From the NCBI GenBank assembly GCA_949294585.1, contig CASFHZ010000047.1, positions 1 to 17,012 on the forward strand: 17,012 nucleotides of DNA. Direction: 5' to 3'. The DNA is from an uncultured Christensenella sp. (GTDB lineage Bacteria > Bacillota > Clostridia > Christensenellales > UBA1242). Shown here piece after piece: positions 10,053 through 16,104 of this stretch (the stretch's first letter is position 1; every line of letters starts with the position of its first letter). The notes under the pieces are model-generated. The model was not told the origin of the DNA. It ran no database searches and saw only the letters and a list, made by a program, of their open reading frames with translations. Made by a program: the position numbers and the translations under genes.

Positions 10053-10127
10053 AAAGCGTAAATCAGTTTGCAATATGAATAATGTTTGTTTTTTTGCAAA
10101 TAAATAAAATAAATTTTGGAGGAAATT

Positions 10128-10502
10128 ATGAACGTATTTTTGACAAAAGTTGCTACATATTTAATGGGATTTAGTGGCATTCTTGCAGACGGCGACTGGA
10201 AAGACAGATTGGAAGGAACTCAATGGGCTTGGGTTGTTGACATTGTCAGCGCAATTGATACACTATTGTATCCATTACTAATTGTAGTTGGTGCCGCAGG
10301 AACAATTTATGCCGTTGTTATTGGTGTAAATATGGCAAGAGCTGATTCAACAGAAAAAAGAGAAGAAGCAAAGAAGAGATTAATTAATGTAATTGTTGGT
10401 CTTGCAATAATTATAGCTTTAATATTGTTCTTCAAATTATTCATATCTGTTATTGTTCCAGCATTCGTTCCAGAATCAACAGAAACAACACCAGTTGCTT
10501 AA
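10128..10502 (+). CDS. Small (124 aa) two-TM membrane protein. Putative T4SS component, VirB3/TcpE-like or VirB2-like.
   Basis: The ATG at 10128 is preceded by GGAGG (10118-10122) with a 5-nt spacer. The track's 10116 start is a TTG. Two hydrophobic helices (LLYPLLIVVGAAGTIYAVVIGV and LINVIVGLAIIIALILFFKLFISVIVPAFV) are separated by a short charged loop. It sits immediately upstream of the VirB6-like gene. The functional assignment rests on context only. Confidence 0.75.
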   Translation: MNVFLTKVATYLMGFSGILADGDWKDRLEGTQWAWVVDIVSAIDTLLYPLLIVVGAAGTIYAVVIGVNMARADSTEKREEAKKRLINVIVGLAIIIALILFFKLFISVIVPAFVPESTETTPVA

Positions 10503-10521
10503 ATTTTATTTGCAAAAAAAT

Positions 10522-10550
10522 AAAGCTCTGCCTTTGTGCAGAGTTTTTTA
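10522..10550 (+). terminator. Rho-independent terminator after the 124-aa gene.
   Basis: AAAGCTCTGC, a CTTTGT loop, then GCAGAGTTTTTTATT. The GC-containing 6-8 bp stem is followed by a T-run, 20 bp after the stop codon. Confidence 0.7.
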
Positions 10551-10625
10551 TTGTTTAAAAATTTGTATATTCTGTAATTTATTTACTAATTATATTAATA
10601 TTTATTTAAAAATTTGAAAAAAATA

Positions 10626-10654
10626 TGTACAAGTGAAAAAATATTTGCTATAAT
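10626..10654 (+). promoter_or_regulatory. Candidate promoter for the VirB6-like gene.
   Basis: TGTACA (10626-10631), a 17-nt spacer, then TGcTATAAT (-10 at 10649-10654). The RBS GGGAGGAG at 10682-10689 lies 10 nt before the ATG at 10700. Confidence 0.35.
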
Positions 10655-10699
10655 AATTAAAAAAATAACAAAATAATTGCAGGGAGGAGAATAACTCAG

Positions 10700-12943
10700 A
10701 TGGATTTTGGTGTATGGGTTATGGATTTGATTTACATTATACCCAAGTTATTATATTTTTTGTGTTCTATGTGCACAATGGTTATTGATTTGTTGCAATT
10801 GCTTTTCAGAAAATTTGCTGGACTTGATACATATTACATAAATGGAAGCGAAGTTTCTGGTGAAATAATAGATGGTGCAACTCAACAAGGTTCTGGTGAT
10901 ATGATTCTTCAAATTATAAACAAAACCTTTTTGGATACAGAAAATTCTGTTATTGCAGTTGCATTTTGGAGTATAATTTTGCTGGCTGCAATTTTGCTTG
11001 TTATAACAACAGTGGCAGCAATAATCAAAAACGAATATTCACCTGATAAGGAAAAGAAAAATTCAAAAACTGGAATTGTTATAAACTTCTTTAAGGCAAT
11101 ATTTTCATTTGCAATAATTCCAATTGCTTGCTATTTTGGAGTTTGGTTTGGCAATATTGTTCTGTTTGCAGTTGATTCTGCAATTTCACCAACTGTTACA
11201 GCAATTTCCGAAACAGAAGAAATAAATGATAAAATTGTCTTTGATGAATCCACGGGTTCACCTGCATATTATTGCTTTATGGGTGAGGCCGTTCCTGCAA
11301 AATTCACACCACTAAGTGGCTACATATCAAAAGTTTGTTTATACAATGGAAGCAGAGTTAGAGTTGATGATACTTTCTATGAAACTGTAATACTAGCCGA
11401 TGATGTGAATAACACAACAACAAACTTTGGAATGTTCAATAGTGATGCACTTCAAACAAAAGAAGATGTTGCCAGTGCAATTGATAATGTATTTATGATA
11501 AATGCAAGGTTAAAAACTCCACAAAAACTAAATCACATTAATCAAGACCCGGGATATATTTTTATCCAAAATGGCACGGTGGAATACTTTGACAAAACAG
11601 ATGTTGGTTTGGTGTCGTACTACTATAATCTTTGGTACTATAACTTCCCAATTGCAATTGTGTTTATCATTGTAATTGGAAAACTTATGGCCGAGTTTGT
11701 GTTTGGACTTATGACTCGTTTGATAACAGTGCTTGCACTTTTGTTAATTGGACCAATCACAATGTCATTTATGCCACTAGATGGTGGAAGTGCATTAAGC
11801 GATTGGAAAAAAGAATTTATTGTTAGAGTAATGTCATCATACATTTTAATACTTGCAATGAATATATTTTATCTAATACTTCCTGTTTTGGACACAATAA
11901 CTTTCTTTGGGACAAGTTCAGGACTAGCTTGGGTGGATTACATTATAAAAACATTGTTTGTAATTGCAGGTTTAATGTCGGTTAAAACAATAATCAAATT
12001 GTTTAATGGAATAATAAAGGTTGACAAAGCAAAGAGTTCAATTCTTGACGATGGTGGTGCAGCAATGTCGGGCACTTTGGGAATGGCAAAGAAAACAACT
12101 GGTATGGCTATTTCTGGTGCAAGGGCAATTGGAGGCTTAGGTCTTGCAGGAGTTGGATTGGCAGGAATGGCAATTGGTGGAGCAACAGGTGGAATAGGCA
12201 AAGGAGTTAACTACTATCAACGAAGAAAAGAACAACAAGCACTTAACTCAACAACTGCACACGGAAATGCATCAGATAGTCAACTAAAAGATAATGTAGT
12301 GTTGTTTGCTCAGGACAATATTAAAAATCAAGTACAACAAGATTATGATGCTGAACTTAACAAGAGAAGTATGGAAGCATATAAGAGAGCATATGGTAAC
12401 AATCCAAAAATTTCTTTTGAAGATTATAAAAATGCAAATGTTGAAGGTTCATATAGACAGGCAGAAGATTATTACTATAACGAAATGACACCAGAGGAGA
12501 GGCAAAAAATCAGCATAGGTGACTACACAAAACAAGTTTATGAAAACAGTCAATTTGCAAATACAATGTCATATAAGAAATGGAAGGCAATTGGTTATCT
12601 TGATGTAATGCACGATAAAGATTCTTATCAAAATGTTGTGAAAGGTCTTTCAGATTATAAAGAAAATCGAGAATCTCAAATTCAGTCAGACATATACAAT
12701 GCAATGCAAACTGGTGTTGCAAACAATCAACTAGAAAGAGATGCAATTGATGACTACAACAACCTAGTTCAACAAAGATCAAAAGCAAGAACAGATTCTT
12801 CAGAGCACGCAAAAAAACTGCACGAACTTGAAGAAAAGGACAAAAACAGAAGATGGAGAATGGCAAGAATGGGTTCAAAAGCAGTACAAAGTGGTATGGG
12901 TAATGTGTTTAGATCTGTAAATGGTATAGCTGGTAAGAAGTAA
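10700..12943 (+). CDS. Polytopic membrane protein (747 aa) with VirB6/TrbL-like, TcpH-like topology. It has a C-terminal glycine-rich segment and a charged, helical tail.
   Basis: There are about 7 predicted TM segments, with a roughly 150-aa hydrophilic loop after the third. After the last TM comes GMAISGARAIGGLGLAGVGLAGMAIGGATGGIGKG, then a roughly 250-aa domain rich in K, E, Q and D. The gene is adjacent to the T4CP gene. There is no diagnostic motif, so the family call is inferred from topology and context. Confidence 0.8.
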   Translation: MDFGVWVMDLIYIIPKLLYFLCSMCTMVIDLLQLLFRKFAGLDTYYINGSEVSGEIIDGATQQGSGDMILQIINKTFLDTENSVIAVAFWSIILLAAILLVITTVAAIIKNEYSPDKEKKNSKTGIVINFFKAIFSFAIIPIACYFGVWFGNIVLFAVDSAISPTVTAISETEEINDKIVFDESTGSPAYYCFMGEAVPAKFTPLSGYISKVCLYNGSRVRVDDTFYETVILADDVNNTTTNFGMFNSDALQTKEDVASAIDNVFMINARLKTPQKLNHINQDPGYIFIQNGTVEYFDKTDVGLVSYYYNLWYYNFPIAIVFIIVIGKLMAEFVFGLMTRLITVLALLLIGPITMSFMPLDGGSALSDWKKEFIVRVMSSYILILAMNIFYLILPVLDTITFFGTSSGLAWVDYIIKTLFVIAGLMSVKTIIKLFNGIIKVDKAKSSILDDGGAAMSGTLGMAKKTTGMAISGARAIGGLGLAGVGLAGMAIGGATGGIGKGVNYYQRRKEQQALNSTTAHGNASDSQLKDNVVLFAQDNIKNQVQQDYDAELNKRSMEAYKRAYGNNPKISFEDYKNANVEGSYRQAEDYYYNEMTPEERQKISIGDYTKQVYENSQFANTMSYKKWKAIGYLDVMHDKDSYQNVVKGLSDYKENRESQIQSDIYNAMQTGVANNQLERDAIDDYNNLVQQRSKARTDSSEHAKKLHELEEKDKNRRWRMARMGSKAVQSGMGNVFRSVNGIAGKK

Positions 12944-12961
12944 AACTAAAATTTTATAAAG

Positions 12962-12991
12962 AAATCATCACATAGTTGTGATGATTTTTTT
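12962..12991. terminator. Bidirectional terminator between the convergent VirB6-like and PRC-barrel genes.
   Basis: AAATCATCACA, a TAGT loop, then TGTGATGATTTTTTTT, forming a perfect 11-bp stem. It is A-rich on the left and T-rich on the right, and it overlaps the stop of the minus-strand gene at 12990-12992. Confidence 0.7.
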
Positions 12992-13682
12992 AATACACAC
13001 TATAAAAAAGTTCATTCAATTTGTCGTGTTGTTTTGCAATCATTACTTGCTTTGGAGAAATTATTTGATTTTGTTTTAAAATAAGTTCGTTATTTTTTCC
13101 AATGATGTCTTTTGATAGTTTTTTGCCTATTAAAATGTCACTATTAACAGTTAATTTTGATGGCATTAACTTTTGCTCGGGTTCTTCCATTTTCATAACA
13201 CTAACTGTTAAATTCTTTAACAAATCTTCATTATTTTTTGTGTATCTTGGCTTAAAATTGCAAAATTTTACATTTTCGCCAACAACAATGTTGTCCAATA
13301 TTGATATGATGTTTTTTGGAGCAATTTTTTCATTTTTATTGGTGATAAAGGAAGTTATGCAATAATTTTCATCAAATTCCAAATCAGATAAAATGCCATA
13401 ATTTTTGCCATCAACACCAACAACAATTTTGCCAATTGGTGACAATGGTTTGTCCAACATAAATTCATTTGAAATTTTTGTTGTGTTTTTTATTACAACA
13501 AAATCTTTTATACTATATACATTTTGAATTTTTAAAAAATATTCGTTCTCATCTTGGTCAAAAAAATAAATTCCCAACACTTTGTCTTGTTTTTCATTAA
13601 AGGCAATTTCGTTAACAGTTCCCAAAAATTTAGTATTGTAAATGGAAAACACTTGTTTGCCAATTATTTCAGATAGTTTCAT
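12990..13682 (-). CDS. PRC-barrel domain protein (YlmC/YmxH-like) with two tandem PRC-barrel-like repeats plus a C-terminal extension. 230 aa.
   Basis: The N-terminus MKLSEIIGKQVFSIYNTKFLGTVNEIAFNEKQDKVLGIYF fits the YlmC/YmxH pattern (L-E-x-G-K-x-V, then G-x-[LV]-x-D-[LI]). A second copy is PIGKIVVGVDGKNYGILSDLEFDENYCITS...ILDNIVVGENV. GGAGG sits 4 nt upstream of the ATG at 13682. Confidence 0.8.
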   Translation of the reverse strand: MKLSEIIGKQVFSIYNTKFLGTVNEIAFNEKQDKVLGIYFFDQDENEYFLKIQNVYSIKDFVVIKNTTKISNEFMLDKPLSPIGKIVVGVDGKNYGILSDLEFDENYCITSFITNKNEKIAPKNIISILDNIVVGENVKFCNFKPRYTKNNEDLLKNLTVSVMKMEEPEQKLMPSKLTVNSDILIGKKLSKDIIGKNNELILKQNQIISPKQVMIAKQHDKLNELFYSVY

Positions 13683-13730
13683 TTTTCCTCCTAAAATATC
13701 ATATTATTTGACTATAAATATTATTCGTGT

Positions 13731-13760
13731 TTGCACTATTTTTTCATTTGTGTTATACTT
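13731..13760 (+). promoter_or_regulatory. Candidate promoter with an extended -10 (TGtTATACT). It sits about 10 nt upstream of the SPFH gene's ATG, which implies a leaderless or very short-leader mRNA.
   Basis: TTGCAC (13731-13736), an 18-nt spacer, then TGTTATACT (-10 at 13755-13760). No Shine-Dalgarno sequence lies between this and the ATG at 13771. Confidence 0.3.
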
Positions 13761-13770
13761 TAATAGTAAT

Positions 13771-14874
13771 ATGGGAATTTTTAGTAATTTAAAACAAATG
13801 TTTTCAAGTGATATAAAACCTGACACAACAAAAATGACAGGTCTTGTTTATCCTTATCCATTAAAACATAACTCCATAAAAATAAACTCAAAAGTATTTG
13901 TCCCAAAAGGTTATTCCTTTGTTATTGGCTACAATGGCAGAGCACTTGACACTTTTGGTGAAGGTGAGTACTTTCTAAGTCCTGCAACTTTGCCAGAATG
14001 TTGCAAAAGATTAAAAATACACAAGTCAACAAAAAAGGGAACAGTAAAAAAGCAGTTCAAAGCAAATGCCTATTTTGTTCAACAAAATGAGTATGTTTTT
14101 AACTTTAAAACACAAGAAAAGGCCGAACTTGGAAGAAAAGCAAGTGGAATTTTTAAAGTTGGATTAACTGCCAATGTTAAAATAAAAATTGTTGACAGCA
14201 AAAAATTCTTAGCATCTATGCTATTTGAGTTTGCATACTTAAAACAAAATGAGGCAGAAAAAATACTCGGTTATTTAACATCGGACTATGTTGTTAATAT
14301 TTTAAGTAAATATAACTTTGCACTTTCGGAGTTTATAAATTCAAATGATGTTATTGTTGATAATATTTCTTGTGAACTTGCACAAAAATATAACAAACTT
14401 GGAATAATGCTATTAGATTTCTATAATGTTAGATATTTGCTACCCAAAAAATATATGAGTGAATACGAAGAAAACTTGCAAAAAATTGAAGAAAATGCTA
14501 GGAGTAAAGAAGTTGATAACAACGAAAATGAAGCTAATCAAAACAATGCAACAAATGATGTTATAGAAGACTATAAACCATATGGAAACATAGAAATTCA
14601 AGATTTAAAAAATGCACAAACTAAAGAAGAAACACAAAAAATTGACACAGAACAATGTGAAAATGACAAAAATGATGTAGAAATTGAAGAAAATCAAAAT
14701 CAACAACAACAAAATGAAGAAAAATCACAAGAATTTATAGACTTAAATTTGGATAATTTGTATAATACAAAAGCAAATAATGGCAAGCAATGCAAATATT
14801 GTGGATTAGTAAATTCAAACGATGCAGAAGTTTGCGAATTATGTGGAAATAAATTAGGAGGCGAAAATGAATAA
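13771..14874 (+). CDS. SPFH/Band-7 family protein (Band_7_1-like, the family often annotated as 'virion core protein-like') with a C-terminal zinc ribbon. 367 aa.
   Basis: It starts MGIFSNLK and continues LVYPYP...GEGEYFLSPATLP, which resembles the Band_7_1 pattern (MGxF...VYRFP...GPGRYTL). It ends CKYCGLVNSNDAEVCELCG, a CxxC-x11-CxxC motif. An acidic N/E/Q-rich linker precedes the zinc ribbon. The track ORF extends back to 13642, but that would overlap the divergent gene and its RBS. Confidence 0.75.
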   Translation: MGIFSNLKQMFSSDIKPDTTKMTGLVYPYPLKHNSIKINSKVFVPKGYSFVIGYNGRALDTFGEGEYFLSPATLPECCKRLKIHKSTKKGTVKKQFKANAYFVQQNEYVFNFKTQEKAELGRKASGIFKVGLTANVKIKIVDSKKFLASMLFEFAYLKQNEAEKILGYLTSDYVVNILSKYNFALSEFINSNDVIVDNISCELAQKYNKLGIMLLDFYNVRYLLPKKYMSEYEENLQKIEENARSKEVDNNENEANQNNATNDVIEDYKPYGNIEIQDLKNAQTKEETQKIDTEQCENDKNDVEIEENQNQQQQNEEKSQEFIDLNLDNLYNTKANNGKQCKYCGLVNSNDAEVCELCGNKLGGENE

Positions 14875-15070
14875 AATAACAAAGGATTGGACACTTGGTG
14901 ATGTCCTAACAGAAAATGAAGATTTGGCAGATATATTGATGGGTTTTGGAATGCACTGTTTCAGTTGCCCACTAAGTCAAATGGAAACACTTGAAGAAGC
15001 ATCAGAAGCGCACGGTGTTGATGTTGATTTTCTTTTGGAAAAATTAAATGAAGCAAACAACTCTCTATAG
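14867..15070 (+). CDS. DUF1858-domain small protein (hybrid-cluster-protein-associated redox disulfide-like domain). 67 aa.
   Basis: MNKITKDWTLGDVL...GMHCFSCPLSQMETLEEASEAHGVDVDFLLEKLN matches the DUF1858 pattern (ITKDMTIGEVL...GMHCxGCPxSxxETLEEAxxxHGID). AGGAGG (14856-14861) lies 5 nt before the ATG. The start overlaps the upstream stop codon by 8 nt (ATGAATAA). Confidence 0.9.
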   Translation: MNKITKDWTLGDVLTENEDLADILMGFGMHCFSCPLSQMETLEEASEAHGVDVDFLLEKLNEANNSL

Positions 15071-15083
15071 GAGAGTTGTTGTG

Positions 15084-15245
15084 TTAAATATTTCTTTTTT
15101 CATTAATAATAGATTGTAAGTTATTTGCAACTGTTTGAAAAAAATTTCTATATGTTTGTAATTGATTAATAGTTGTGTTTTTAGATAATTCAATGCTAAA
15201 CATAGTTGCAAGAGCAACAATTTCTTCTGGCTTTAACTGTTCCAT
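15084..15245 (-). CDS. Possible small ORF (53 aa) just below the track's length cutoff. A helical, charged hypothetical protein.
   Basis: My own translation of the minus strand gives MEQLKPEEIVALATMFSIELSKNTTINQLQTYRNFFQTVANNLQSIINEKRNI. It lies in an otherwise unexplained 260-bp gap. There is no recognisable Shine-Dalgarno sequence, so confidence is low. Confidence 0.2.
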   Translation of the reverse strand: MEQLKPEEIVALATMFSIELSKNTTINQLQTYRNFFQTVANNLQSIINEKRNI

Positions 15246-15269
15246 AATAAATTTTATGAAAAAAGTTGC

Positions 15270-15298
15270 TTGATAAGTGATTGATTTTATGCTATTGT
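15270..15298 (+). promoter_or_regulatory. Candidate promoter for the HD-domain gene.
   Basis: TTGATA (15270-15275), a 17-nt spacer, then TGcTATTGT (15293-15298). GGAGG at 15323-15327 is 5 nt before the ATG at 15333. Confidence 0.35.
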
Positions 15299-15332
15299 AA
15301 ATTAAATTTTATATGTTTAATCGGAGGAAAAA

Positions 15333-15923
15333 ATGGAAGAATATATAACAAACAATAAAAAAGAATATTTGGATTTGGTTAAAAATAACATAAAAAGGGA
15401 AGGAATTGATAATTTAATAGATTGGTTGCAAAAAACTGATTTCTTTACTGCTCCTGCTTCAACAAAATACCATTCTTGCTATGAAGGAGGTTTGTGCAGA
15501 CACAGTTTAAATGTTTATAATAGATTTGTAAAAAACCTAAAAAACGAGTTTGGTGATGAATGGGAAAAACATTGTTCACTGGAAAGTGCAACAATAATTG
15601 CATTATTTCACGATTTGTGCAAAGTAGATTTTTATACTGTTGAAATGAGAAATGTTAAAGAAAATGGTATTTGGGTTCAAAAACCATATTATGCTGTTAA
15701 TGATAAACTTCCATATGGACACGGAGAAAAATCTGTTTATATAACAAGTAGTTTTATAAAACTAACTAGAGATGAAGCAATGAGTATAAATTGGCATATG
15801 GGTGAATACGATGCAAGAGCAAAGGGTGGAGTTAGTTTGTCGGACATTTACTATAAATACCCAGTTGCTTTTCTGTTCCACCTATCAGATAATATGGCTA
15901 CATATCTTGATGAAACAATGTAA
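15333..15923 (+). CDS. HD-domain phosphohydrolase. 196 aa.
   Basis: Metal-binding motifs H..H (YHSCYEGGLCRHSLNV), HD (IIALFHDLCKV) and a downstream D (WHMGEYD) are present. The RBS is strong. Confidence 0.85.
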   Translation: MEEYITNNKKEYLDLVKNNIKREGIDNLIDWLQKTDFFTAPASTKYHSCYEGGLCRHSLNVYNRFVKNLKNEFGDEWEKHCSLESATIIALFHDLCKVDFYTVEMRNVKENGIWVQKPYYAVNDKLPYGHGEKSVYITSSFIKLTRDEAMSINWHMGEYDARAKGGVSLSDIYYKYPVAFLFHLSDNMATYLDETM

Positions 15924-15933
15924 AAATAAAGAT

Positions 15934-15966
15934 AAAAACGCAAACTTTCTTGTTTGCGTTTTTTAT
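15934..15966 (+). terminator. Rho-independent terminator after the HD gene.
   Basis: AAAAACGCAAAC, a TTTCTT loop, then GTTTGCGTTTTTTATT. The 8-bp GC-containing stem is followed by a T-run, 11 bp after the stop codon. Confidence 0.8.
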
Positions 15967-15980
15967 TAAAAAATATTATA

Positions 15981-16042
15981 AAATAAAAAAAATTGTTAAA
16001 TTTGCTTGACAAAACTGGGGGGGGGGGGGGTATTTTTATAAA
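15981..16042 (+). promoter_or_regulatory. Promoter of the LRR surface-protein gene. It has an A-tract UP-like element, a consensus -35 TTGACA (16006-16011), a G14 homopolymer in the spacer, then TATTTT and TATAAA -10 candidates.
   Basis: The region reads AAAATAAAAAAAATTGTTAAATTTGC-TTGACA-AAACT-G14-TATTTTTATAAAT. With 14 Gs, the spacer to TATTTT is 19 nt. At 12 Gs it would be an optimal 17 nt. Confidence 0.5.
16017..16030 (+). repeat. Homopolymeric G14 tract.
   Basis: Fourteen consecutive G (16017-16030) in a window of roughly 28% GC. It sits inside the promoter spacer. Confidence 0.95.
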
Positions 16043-16104
16043 TGAAATGCATTATATAAAAAAGAATGCAGATATTAAAATAAGTAATAAAAATGGGAGG
16101 AGAG

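Noticed and set aside
10128-10502. The small two-TM protein read as a phage holin, implying a prophage rather than a conjugative element.
   Set aside because: There are no adjacent endolysin, terminase, capsid or tail genes. Its neighbours are a VirD4-type T4CP and a VirB6-like protein, so a T4SS role is more parsimonious. The ambiguity is kept as a finding.
13642-13770. The longer start for the SPFH gene (MENTCLPIISDSF...).
   Set aside because: It would overlap the divergent PRC-barrel gene and its RBS. That N-terminus is a hydrophobic low-complexity extension. MGIFSNLK matches the usual N-terminus of Band_7_1 proteins.
14691-14712. A (CAA)4 / CAACAACAACAA microsatellite.
   Set aside because: It is in-frame within the acidic low-complexity linker of the SPFH protein, and changes in unit number would keep the frame. 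It is too short to be a convincing contingency repeat and is noted only in passing.
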